64,000 nt of DNA, taken from the NCBI GenBank assembly GCA_038087875.1, contig CM075996.1, positions 3,102,001 to 3,166,000 on the forward strand. The letters run 5' to 3'. Position numbers and translations under genes: made by a program. This DNA is from Malacoraja senta (Eukaryota). The notes beneath the pieces were generated by a model that saw only the letters and a list, made by a program, of their open reading frames with translations, searched no databases and was not told where the DNA came from. Positions within the stretch are counted from its first letter, which is position 1. Each line of letters opens with the position of its first letter. Below, piece after piece: positions 37,743 through 50,400 of the stretch.

Positions 37743-39842
37743 CCTCAGACTGAGAGTCAGGGGAGAGGGAAACTAGAGGTAGCAGTTATGCCTGTTTAGT
37801 TTAGTTTATTGTCATGTGTACCGAGATGCAGTGAAAGGTTCCGTGGTGTGTTAAGTCCAGAGATGTCCATCAATGATAGTCCGACAGTCTCCAATAAGGT
37901 AGGTAAATAGTAGGTAGACAAAAGTGCTGGAGAAACTCAGCGGGTGCAGCAGCATCTATGGAGCGAAGGAAATAGGCAACGTTTCAGGCCGAAACCCTTC
38001 TTCAGGTAGATAGTAGTTCAGGACCGCTCTCTGGTATGAGAAAGGTACAGAACAACTGTGGCACCAATGGTCAAGGAGCCCACAATAGTCGATTGTTGGC
38101 TGTGGCGGAGGGATATGAACAATGAAACCAGCAGGATAGTTAGGGTGGGGCAGGGACAGAGAGAGGGGGAATCCTCCACCCTAGTCGTCCTGCCAGTTTC
38201 ACTGTTCCTATCCCTTCATTATCACCTCCACCACAGCCGACAATGGACCATTGTGGGCTCCTTGGCCATCAGTTCCAGCTCTGATTGGTTCTGTGCCTTT
38301 TCATACCTCAGTCTGAAGGAGGGTATCGACCGGAAACGCCCCTTGTTCCTTTTCTCCAGAGACGCTGCCTGACCCGCTGAGTTGCTCCAGCATTTTGTGT
38401 CCACCTTCGGTTTAAACCAGCATCTGCAGTTCCTTCCGACACTGTGTCACGGTTGTCCGGAGGAATTCTCCCATCACAGGGCGGCACAGTAGCGCAACGC
38501 TGCTGCCTCACAGCGCCGGAGACCCCCTGTTCCATCCCGTCATTGGGTGCCCTCTATGCAGTTTGCATGTTCTCCCTGTGACCACGTGGGCTTCCTTCAG
38601 GTGCTCCGGTTTCCTCCCACACTCCAAAGTCAAGCGGGTGTGAAGGGTTAACTGGCCGCTTTAAATTGCCCAAGTGGGGTGGGGGGGGGGGGGGGGGAGG
38701 GGGGGAGAAAGCAGAATAACAGAGTTAGAATTCATGGAGGGAACTTTACTGCTTTGCCAAACCAAATACTCATTGCAACTATTAACTTAAATTGACCACT
38801 GCCCTTGGTTGCAACACTCCAGCATAGGCTGCTCGGGTTAAACATTTACTGAAGTTCTCCCAAGTTTGCTGGTCAGTTATGTACATAGATAGGACAAGTG
38901 CAGCAAAGGCTGATTTATTAATGCCACCCACAAATAGAAGATAGGGAAACTCGACTATGTGGCGAACAACTAACTTAATCAAAGTCAGAGACACAAGGGA
39001 CTGCTGATGCTGGAATGTTCAGCAAAACGCAAAGCACCCGAGGACTTTGCTCCAGCACTTAGTGTTTCAAAGTTTAGTTTAGTCTGAAGAGGGGGGTCTC
39101 GACCTGAAACGTCACCTATTCCTTTTCTCCAGAGATGCTGTCTGACCCGCTGAGATTTTACTCCAGCTTTGTTGTGTCCAATTTTAGTTTGGTTGCGTTT
39201 AGTTTAGAGATACAGTGTGGAAACAGGCCCTTCCGCCCACCGAGTCCACGCCGACCAACGATCATCTATCTGTACTGTACACTAGTTATATCATATACGC
39301 CAGGGTCAATTCACAGAAACCAATTAACCTACAAACCTGCACGTCTTTGGAGTTGTGGGAGGAAACCGGAGCACCCGGAGAAAACCTACGCGGGTCACGG
39401 GGAGAAGGTACAAACTCCGTGCAGACAGGTACCCGTGGTCAGGATCGAACCCGGGTCTCTAGCTCTGTCAGGCAGCAACTCGACCAGTTAGTTAGAATGG
39501 ATGCAGGTGACCTCTGGTGGATCTGGTCAACAATGCAGCGGTTGTCATGAAGCCTATGTTTTTATGAAGGAACTGCAGACGCTGGTTTAAATCGAAGATA
39601 GACACAAAATGCTGGAGTAACTCAGCGGCACAGGCGGCATCTCCGGAGAGAAGGAATGGGTCGAGACCCTTCTTCAGACTCGCTTGAGTTACTCCAGCAT
39701 TTTGTGTCTGTCTTCGTCGTAAAACCGCTCCAGCCTGATGCTGGGTGCTCAACTTGGGGAAGACCAGAGGCAACCTCCTCCACTCGTATTTTAATCATTC
39801 CAGCTTTCAGTTGTTCCCCAGTGGGACATCACATGGATCTAA

Positions 39843-40345
39843 GGTACACAAAAATGCTGGAGAAACTCAGCGGGTGCAGCAGCATCTATGGAGCGAAGGA
39901 AATAGGCAACGTTTCGGGCCGAAACCCTTCTTCAGACTGATAGGGGGTGGGGAGAAGAAAGGGAAAAAGGAAAAAGGCGGAGGAGGAGCCCGAGGGCTGG
40001 GGGGAGGGGAGGAGACAACCAGAGGGCTGATGAAGGGGAGGGGACAGCAAGGGCTAGCAGAATTGGGAGAATTCAATGTTCAAGCCCCCAGGATGTAGAC
40101 TGCCCAAGCGGAATATGAGGTGCATTTCCTCCAATTTACGGTGTTGCTCGCTGTGGCCATGGAGGAGACCCAGGACAGAGAGGTCAGATACGGAATGGGA
40201 GGGGTATTTGAAGTGCTGAGCCACCGGGAGGTCAGGTTGGTTATTGCGGACCGACCGGAGGTGTTCGGCGAAACGATCGCCAAGCCTCCGCTTGGTCTCA
40301 CCGATGTAGATCAGCTGGCATCTAGAGCAGCGGATGCAATAAATA
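39843..40345 (-). mobile_element. Penelope-like element fragment (GIY-YIG end plus pLTR)
   Basis: Near copy of 24083-24550; encodes IYIGETKRRLGDRFAEH on the - strand. Confidence 0.88.
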
Positions 40346-40556
40346 GCTGATCACAGATCAAACGACAACGTATGGAGAGACATCCATCCCATTCCCGTGC
40401 ATTCACACATGCACTCCCCCTCATCTCTAAACACCTGTCAGACATCTCCAGGCAGATCATGAACGGCGGATAGACACAAAATGCTGGTGTAACCCAGCGG
40501 GACAGGCAGCATCTTTGGGGAGGAGGGGGAGTGGGTGACGTTTCGGGTCAGACTGT

Positions 40557-40592
40557 CAGTCTGAAGAAGGGTCTCGACCCGAAACGTCACCC
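40557..40592 (+). ncRNA. Penelope-type minimal hammerhead ribozyme motif
   Basis: Identical to the motif at 33121-33148. Confidence 0.6.
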
Positions 40593-42564
40593 ATTCCTTC
40601 TCTCCAGAGACGCTGCCTGTCCCGCTGAGTTACTCCAGCATGTTGTGTCTGTCAACAGAGCTGTTCTTCAACTGGGCAATTCTTGTTTGCTCCAACTTAA
40701 ATCAATTGATTATTCGGAATTACAGATCATTATCCTTGCTGCTTTCTTAGGGGGGGGGGTGTTATATATACAGGAGGAGGTAGCTCCTCTGGTGGGGGAC
40801 GCCGTGCTCCTTTGAGAGTCCTTCATCCACCTTTGTTCCCCACCTGGCCCCCTGCTCTCACGTCTGGCTCCACGAAGCTGCCACGGCGGCCACGCCCGGG
40901 TGACAAGGCTCTCGCTGAGATTAGGAGGTTGCTCAGTCCAGTCTGTCCAGGCGGACTGTTTAGTCCAGCGATCCCCGCACATTAACACTACCCAACACAC
41001 ACACTCGGGACAATTTACACATACACCAAAGTATACAAACCCAAGCCAATTAACCTACAAAGCTGTTTAAGAAGGAACTGCAGATGCTGGAAAATCGAAG
41101 CCAATTAACCTACAAAGCAGCACGTCTTTGGAGTGTGGGAGGAAAATCTCGGAGAAAACCCACGCAGGTGCCGGGGTGAACGTACAAACTCCGTACAGAC
41201 AGCACCCGTTGGCGGGATTGAACCCGGGTCTCTGGTGCTGCAAGCGCTGTAAGCAGCAACGCCCCCCCCCCCCCCCCTCCCCCCGTGTTGATTTGGAATG
41301 GAGTTTGAAGCTATTTTTAATAGCAGATTGGGTGAAAAGGTTATAAGGGATAGAAGAATTAGGCCATTTGGCCCATCTAGTCAACTCCACCGTCCAATCA
41401 TAGCTGATCTACCTCTCCTTCCTTACCCCAGTCTCCTGCCTTCTCCCCCTAACCCCTGATATCAGTCCTAATCAAGAATCTATCTATCTCTGCCTTTAAA
41501 AATATCAATTGGCTTGGCCTCCACAGCCTTCTGTTGAATAGCAGGGTCATCTTCTGGGAGGGAGAACAAAGAGAGGGCATTCTACCTACGCAGTTAAAAG
41601 ATTGGCATTGTGTCAGCAAGATAAATTATGTTAGGCTTTGACACAAGAGGACAAAGTCCTCCATTTTTTTTTAAAGCATGGTTAGAGCGAGCAAACAGGA
41701 AAAAAAAGAAATTGAGGCAATCAATATTATATTGGCAAAAAAAAGCTGCAGTTTTGTTGCTAGCCATTTCAAATCCTCTACTGTCTAACGCCAACCGCAG
41801 TGTCCTCGGCCACTTCCATTGCCTGAGCGAGGTCAAACGCAAACTAGAGTAGCACTTCATATTCCCCCTTTGTAGTCTACACCCCAAGGTCAGCAAACAT
41901 GGAATTCTACAATTTAGATAATCAGCTCTCTCTATCCACCCAAACATTCTTCTTGATTAGTACAGATGCTGCCTGTCCTGCTGAGTTACCCCAGCATTGT
42001 GTGTCTATCTTCACTCATTCTTAAGATTTGAGACTGTCATATATAATGAAGTCTACGCAAGATTGGTATATGGAAGATAGACACAAAAAGCTGGAGTAAC
42101 TCAGCGGGACGGGCAGCATTTCTGGAGAGAAGGAATGGAGACGTTTTGGGTCGAGACCCTTCTTCAGACTGGTGTCTGGTATATGGTAGACACAAAATGC
42201 TGGAGTAAGTCAGCGGGTCAGGCAGCATTTCTGGAGAAAGCACAGGTGACGTTTCGGGATGAGACTCTTCGTCAAGGAAACGAGAGGTATGGAAAGGTAC
42301 ATTGAACAAATGAATAAAAGGTATGCAAAAGGACAAATCAAAGCCAGCAACGATGATCAAGGAAAGGTGGAGCCAACAAATTTGAGAAATCAATTCATAC
42401 TACTGGGTTGGAAGCTGCCCTAGAGAAGCATTAGATGTCACGATCTCTCTGCATAGTAGAAAAGACTCAAAAGACCCACCGTCATAATTACATTTTGTTT
42501 CTTCATTAAGTCCCTAATGATACAACTTCAAGAAAATAAAACATTGAAAAAAAAGTCTTCCATT

Positions 42565-42583
42565 TTTATTGAACATTTTTATT
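42565..42583 (-). terminator. Candidate tandem poly(A) signals of KCTD17
   Basis: Two AATAAA on the - strand (42578-42583 and 42565-42570) followed by a T-rich tract. Confidence 0.45.
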
Positions 42584-44412
42584 AGTTGTTTAAAAAAAAA
42601 AATTGGAACCAGGAAGGGTGGTTTGACTGGGCAAGGTGGTATCTTCAGGAATCGAGCAAATAGCAACATCAACACCCAAAATATTAACCTGGCCTTTAGA
42701 TCAAATGCGGACCAGCCTTTCCAATTCGACCATCTACTCTCACAACAGGACATATACAGTGTTAGACACAAAACGCTGGAGTAATTCAGCGGGACAGGCA
42801 GCATCTCTGGATAGAAGGAATGGGTGACGTTTCGGGTCTGGACCCTTCTTCTGTCTGAAGAAGCATCCTGATCCGAAACGTCACCCATTCCTTCTATTTA
42901 GAGATGCTGCCTGTCCCGGTGAGTTACTCCAGCATTGTGTCTATCTTTGGTGTAAACCAGCATTTGCAATTCCTTCCAACACATAGTATTTCTTCTTTTA
43001 ATTGCACTCAACATCAGTCCTCACAGGGTATCCTAAACCTCTTAGCTGTGCTTAGTTTTAAAAAAAGCATGGAAACAGGCCCTTTGAGCCACCGAGTCTA
43101 CACCAACGATTGATCGCCCGATCGCACTAGTTCTGTTATCCCACTTTCGCATTAACTCTATATTCAATTTCCTACAGAGGCCAATTAACCTACAAACACG
43201 CATGCCTTTGGGATGTGGGTGGAAGCCAGAGCACCCGGAAGAAACCCACGCGGTCACAGGGAGAACGTGCAAACTCCCCACAGACAGCACCCGAGGCTGG
43301 GATTGAACCCAGGTCTCTGGCCCAGTGGGCAGCGACTCTGCTGCTTGCACCACTGTGCCGCCCATTAGAGCAGAGCAGGTGAACGCGACTTGTCCCACCA
43401 TTTTAAAATGCCCCAACAGAGTGAACAAAACCTAAAGCTACTGATCCCATCTTCTGAGAGAGCAATTATTTGACTGCCTAAATTTCATTTACAAGAAAAT
43501 GTCAAATGCCCATTAAAAAAAAAATCAAAGCAGCAATGAATAAAAATGTATTTCAACACAATAACATTTGTCACATAATTGTTATATTATCAATGTTTTC
43601 CAAATATAAATAGTCAATAATCCAACCCGACCTGCTAACCCTTACGAGCTCAACCCCCTCAGGTTTGTTTTCATTAAAAAAGTGTTTGTTAAAGATTAAT
43701 CTGACGGGTTTTTTTTTGTTTTAGCCAAAGCTAAAATGTACCAAAAGAATTCTTGTATTAAAAAGTTAAACATTTTCAAGTATTCTTCCCCGTCCTTCCC
43801 GCCCCACCTCCCACACCCCAGCACCACAACTACCCAAAGCTTCGACTTCCGACCCACTGTAAATGAAGAGAAAACCCAGAGAGGACAATGGCGTCTGGTT
43901 AATAATAGTCACTTTTCTCTCTCTCTCTATCACATCTACATTTACAACATGCACTGCAAACCTTAGAATGACAGCAGAGGATCAAAGGATTTGCCCGGAG
44001 AGGCAGAAAAGGTCCAAATAGTGTTACCACTGTAAACCCCTTTAAAAAAAAAAAAAATTATTAGCTGCCGTTATCCTGCCTGCAATAGACACAGCTTCGG
44101 TAGAAAAATGCCTCGATGTCCTTTTATTTTTTTGCAAGGATCTTCCTGGCTTCTGCAACCAACACGGAAAGTAATCCATTTACCAAGGAAGGCTCCAACA
44201 CCAGGTATGACGCTGTTCTTCATCAGGCATTTAACTGAGAGGAGAATGTGAAACACAAACTTTTTTTTTTTTTTTAATTGCAGAGAAACCATCGTGTGCA
44301 TCCTGTTATGGCTTTTGGTGTCGGTGGTATGCTGTGGAATTCCGCATCTTTCGTACCGGTATACACATTAGGTATTTTAAAAAAGGGAAGGAAAGGCATG
44401 TTGGGCACATCA

Positions 44413-44442
44413 TCACATCGTGGAGCCTTTTGCTTGCAAAAG
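44413..44442 (-). CDS. KCTD17: KCTD17 terminal coding exon (LLQAKGSTM*)
   Basis: Long (CT)n polypyrimidine tract plus ccacag acceptor. The peptide resembles the ILQERGSRM* C-terminus of KCTD2/5. Confidence 0.88.
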   Translation of the reverse strand, partial: LLQAKGSTM

Positions 44443-47400
44443 CTGTGGGAGGGGAGAGAGAGAGAGAGAGAGACAAAAACAAATAATCAGAAACAAAAAG
44501 GTTTTAAAATGGTGACGAACAGATTTAAAACACAGCCTTTTACAAGTAGATTTCCACCCAAGCATAAAGTTACCCCTCAGATTCCTATTAAATCTTTTCC
44601 CTTTCACCTTAAACATGGGTTTACGGTGATGGGGAAAAGATTTAATAGAAATCTGAGGGGCAACTTTTTCCACACAAAGGGTGGTGGGTGTATGGAACGA
44701 GCTGCCAGAGGAGGTAGTTGAGGCAGGAACTATCCCAACGTTTAAGATAGTCAGACAGGTACATGGATAGGATAGGTTTGGAGGGATATGGGCCAAACGC
44801 AGGCTGGTGGGACTAGTGTAGCTGGGACATGTTGGCCAGTGTGGGCAAGTTGGGCCTGTTTCCACGCTGCATCACTCTATGACCTGCATCACTTAGCTCC
44901 TGACACCACTCTGGATACAAGGGGAAATAGCAGCAACTTATCACTTCTTCTCAGGTGAATCTATTCCATGGTCTCTGGTTAGGTGCTGGTCCTCACAAGG
45001 TGAATGGTAAGCAAAGCTATCAGTTTGTCTCAGTTACAGGGATGCAGCAAAGAGTGGGTTAACAAGCAACCATTAAAACCTCACCAAGATCTTTCCAGGC
45101 AAACTTACATTCCAGTGAAATCAAATCAAAATCCATAGTAAAAATAATGATTTCAACATAAAGCTGATGGGCCAAATGGCCTACATCAGCGCAGCAAATA
45201 TGTTGTACTACATGAAGGGACGGTTGGAAGGAGGGCAAGGCCATAACTGCAGGAAGAGTATCACAGAAAATAATTCCAATTTCCATTCATTTTTAGTTTA
45301 GTTTAGAGATCTGGAGGTGTGCGTTTTCACAATTCTATACCTTTGTCGTCAGTAACTCCTACAATCGGCCATTTTTATGGCAATTATGAATTCTGGTCTG
45401 CAGTAATCGAGTTTAGTTTATCGTCACGTGTACCGGGGTAGAGTGAAAAGCTTTTGTCGCGTGCTAACCAGTCATCGCTTCGTCTCCTACTCACAAACAT
45501 TGGAGGCAGGTATTTTTCCCAATAGAAAGCTGCTCCCACTGTGGCAGTGGTGCTCTGGGACATGCTTAGAAAACATGCTTTTGATCTGCACTCAAGGGCC
45601 ACCTTTGACGGACGTGTGTTCCTTCAATTCTCCAGAGGCCGACCGAGTTAATAGCAAGTGAGGCATAGTTAGTTCAAATACAAGCTGCTTTATTGCATAA
45701 AGGATAAAATATACAGATGAGGAATGAGATGTTTCTATTTCTGGTACAAAACACGCTATCTCACAAGAAGAAACACACGATCATGCCAACTTTAATCGAA
45801 AGTAGGTAAAATAATATCTAATTCACAATTGAGGTCCCCTCAATTCACAATCTTCCAGATGCTCAAATGCACACGGTGCCTGCGTTCTCATGTTCAGAGC
45901 TTTCACAGAGATTAAAGAGAGATCAAATAAATCACAAAAAATACACACAGTAAGGGGCAGACACATGCAAAGCGACTATGTAGCTACTGAGACACACACA
46001 CACACACACGTGCGGGAATTGCATAGAGACTGTCACACCTGTGTGGCAGTAGAACACAAGACTGGCTGGTGTAGCTCTAAACCTCCACTAATTCAGGGCA
46101 CTAATTCAGGGAGAGAAGCACTGTTCTACAAGCACTGCAGAGGTACATACACGGATAAGAGAATGTACACACATTGTAAGGGGGAAGTGTATCATTGATA
46201 CACTCACGCACACCCAGGCACACTCACCCAAGCACACTGAGCAAGTCCTCTAAATACTAAAGATAAACACAACACTGTTGTGCACCACACATGCCCATGG
46301 GGAGGCAGCCAGACTTTGAAGATGCACACCAGGGTTGCAGGCAACCACACACGCAACAGTGAGACATGACCTATAAAGTGGGTTCATGTTATAGAAAACC
46401 ACGACATGGATAGTTTTCCAGGGACACAGTGGCTCCATACTGTGGACGGGGAGTCTGGCTATATTCAAACTCTAGAGACTGGGGCGAAGGAGAAGGTTGG
46501 TGAGGGAAAGGATGCAAACAGCACAGGTTCAAACGTTTTGTACCCAAAGGGTGAGGAACGAAACACGTGCCTGGAGAGTATTGGGACGGCCAAGGTTGGG
46601 GGTGACCAGGGCATAGATGGAGACTTCAATAAGGATGGCGGCAGAGTTAAACTGAAGAGCATCATGCAGTGGTGGAGACTCGGCTTCAGAACAGACCGCT
46701 TCAAACTGATAGTGGCCAGGAAGGATTAGAATTAGTGGTAGCTGAAGACAGATTTCAGTCTTCCCATCGAGCACGTGAAGCACAACACGTTAAATGGTAA
46801 ACACGAGGAACTGGCCGCATACGGTAGAGTTGCTGCCGTACAGTGCCTGAGACCCAGCTCGATCCAGACTACGGATGCCGTCTGTCTGTAGAGTTTGTAT
46901 GTTCTCCCCATGACCGCGTGGGTTTTCTCCGGGTGCTCCGGTTTCCTCCCACGCTCCAAAGACATACAGGATCGTAGGCTAGTTGGCTTTGGTAAATATT
47001 GTAAGTTGTCCTTCGCGTGTAGGATAGCGCCCGTGTGAGGGTGATTACTGGTCGGCGCTAACTCGGTGGACAGAGGCCCTGTTTCTGCGCCGTATCTCTA
47101 GACTAAACTATAGATCCTGGTTTACCTAAAAGACACAAATTGAAGAAGGGCCTCGACCTGAAATGTCACCTATCCATGTTCTCCAGAGTTGCTGCCTGGA
47201 CCATTCCAGTACTTACTCGGAGTGTGTGATGAAACCGGAACGCCCGGAGAAAACCCACGTAGGTCACGGGGAGAATGCAAAAACTCCGTACAGACAGCGC
47301 CCGAAGTCAGGAATGAACCCGAGTCTCTGGCGCTGTGAGGCAGCAACTCTACCGTGCCAGATGTTGAGGAAGGAAGGGGAGCGAGAAAGCTGTCTCAGAT

Positions 47401-50400
47401 ATCCAGCTGCTGTCCTGTAGACGAGATCAAAACCAAACCAGAATTATCCGAATGAATTGAACAGAGAAGGAAAGGCATCGGAAACTGACTGGTACGGGCG
47501 TCAGAGGTCATGGGGAGAAGGGAGAATGGAGTTAGAAGGGAGAGGTAGATCAGCCATGATTGAATGGCGGAGGAGGCCTGATAAGCCGAATGGCCTAATT
47601 CTAATTCTACTCCTATTCCTTATGACTTTTTTACTGCAGCAAAGATCAACACGGGTACAGAGACACACTCACAATGGGGTCTGTGAGTGAACACACAGAG
47701 CACAGTCAGGACACAAGCACTCACCCACACTACAGTCTTGTGCACAAGCAGTCAAACAAGAGTGCAGCTCCCATACGCACCTACTAAGGGTCTACTCATT
47801 CACCCAGAGGCTAAACCAGGCTTTGCTTTACACATGCTCTGTGGCGTATGGCCATTAGATTCACTACACGGCAATGCAGAAATGCTCCCACCACCAGCTC
47901 CTGCTAAGATACTATCAGTTCTCACCACTGTGTACGTTACATTTTATTCCCCGTCATTCATATCACAATCAGCTTCCTCGTCCTCGCCCTTTTGTCCAGC
48001 ATGCAGCATGCACAAGGGTTCAAATGTCAAACAGAAAAGAAATGACTACAGATTAAGCAGCCAATCATTTTTTTTTTTACAGTTTGCAAAACATTTTCCA
48101 CAAGTTTCATTTTTCCTTACAACATGGGACTGTCTCCATTCGGCCAGGAGTTCACATCAGCTCACAGAACAATCCATTCCCCCACCAAAGTTTCCCTGTG
48201 ACCCAATCTGTACCTGTACTCGCTGGAGTTTAGATGGATGAGGGGAAACCTCATTGAAACTTAGCGAATAGTGAAAGGCCTGGATAGAGTGGATGTGGAG
48301 TGTTTGCTTCCAGTAGTGCGAAAGTCTAGGACCAGAGGCCATAGCCTCAGAATAAAAGGATGCACCTTTAGAAATGAGAAGGGATTTCTTTAGTCAGAGG
48401 GTGGTGAATCTGTGTAATTCTTTGCCACAGAAGGCTGTGGAGGCCATGTCAATGGATATTCTTAAGGGGGAGATTGACAGATTTTTTTTATTAGAATGGG
48501 TGTCAGGGGTTATGAGGCGAAGGCAGGAGAATGTGGTTTAGAAGGAAAGATAGATCAGCCATGATTGAATGGTGGAGTAGACGATGGGACGAATGGCCTT
48601 ATTCTGCTCTTTGAACTTATGAACTTCTCCTCACACTGGAGAAGGGTTTCGGCCCGAAACGTTGCCTATCTCCTTCGCTCCATAGATGCTGCTGCACCCG
48701 CTGAGTTTCTCCAGCATTTTTGTGTACCTTCTCCCCACACTCCCAACTCCTCGCAGATTCTACCACTCAAAACACTGGGGGGGCAATTTACAGCAGCCAA
48801 TTTACCTACAAGCTCCCACATCTTTGGGATGTGGGGAGAAACAGAAGGACTGGGAGGAAACCCATGTGGTCAGAGGGAGAACGAGCAAACTCCACACAGA
48901 TGGCAACTGGGAGGCGAGGATTGAACTTGGATTTTCGGCACTGTGAGTCACCAGCCTTACAGGCGGTGCCACTGTCAAACGCCTCAATGGTCCATGGGCA
49001 CTCTGGTGAATGGAGACGAGGCAACCAAGGCAATGCAGGGCGATCGTCCTCACACCCAGTTTTGGAGGTGACGGGAATGGCAACTTCTATTACTCGTGAC
49101 ATAAATGGTAGAGATGTGATGATGGAGAAGAAATCGAAGTTTAAGATCTCCATGTCGTTACAGGTTCTTAAAAAGAAATTGAAGATATATTTTTCTCCGC
49201 TCACCCTCGCTACATTTGAGAGCAAGAGCACGCTATACAGGTCATAAACCTGCCCCACCATTCAGAAAATTCAAAGCAAACCATATAAAATCCATCTTCC
49301 TTTGCTACCCGCACACCCATCAACTTGATCAGTAGTACAGGTGTCAGGGGCTATGGGGAGAAGGCAGGAGAATTGGGTTGAGAGGGAAAGATAGATCAAC
49401 CATGATTGAATGGTGGAGTAGACTTGATGGGCCAAATGGCCTAATCCTGTCCCTCTAACTTATTAACATGAATTCCATTGATTATTTCAGCATAATCCTT
49501 GTATTGTCTTAGATTAGTCTCACTTAATCCTTGTATTGTCTTAGATTAGTCTCACTTTCAACCACCTTCTTTTCTGCAATCTACAACCCCAGGCACCGGT
49601 GCGATTTCCCACTTCATTGTCATCCAGTTCACTTTTAGCAGGGCTCCACAATGCCACACTTGCTGCCTTGAACAGAAACTTTCACCTCAGGAATTTACTC
49701 TCCAGTTCATATTAGTCAAAGGTACATTCTTTGTAGGAAGGAACCGAAGATAGGTGCTTGATTAGTAAGAGTGTCAAAGGTTACGAGGAGAAGTCTGACC
49801 CGCTGAGTTGTTCAGGCTTTTTGCGTCTATCTTCTGACCAAAATGTTAGCGTGTTTGAGTGTGAGCAGAAGGTTGAGATGGAACTCATTATTTTGGCCTA
49901 ATAATGGGCGCTTGTGTGCGCTAATCTGCCAACGTGATTGATGGAGACATCAGTGAAGCCTCCTCCCATTAGCTTTGGATTGTCCACCACTATTTATGAT
50001 AGCACGTGGCAGTACAGCTGGGTTCAGCGGTACTCCTTTGGCCAAGGTTAACACTGCATTAGCACACATTTTCCATGCTATCCCTCAGTTCAACGCCTTG
50101 TTTTTAGATTGTTCTGCATCTTCTACAGCTGGACCCCCGGTTTGGTGGCGAGAGATTCGCAGAGACCACGAGGTTGCAGGTTACTACGACTAAAATGTTT
50201 CGAAGACTCTTCTTGCACTCTGCAACCTTGAAGCAGAGTGAATGAAGTCCGCGTTTTCCTGCCTTCCGGGACAGGGAGACAATAGTCAGAGCCATGCAAA
50301 AGGTTAGCAGTAAGGCAGGACAAAGGTGCCCGTGAACATGAACATCACCCACTCAAACTGGGTCCCTAAGCACCGAGCACCCGACCTCAGCCGCTCTGCA

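Noticed and set aside
49492..49556. 32-bp direct tandem duplication; also the short palindromic repeats at 62150-62215
   Set aside because: Ordinary local slippage duplications with no sign of function.
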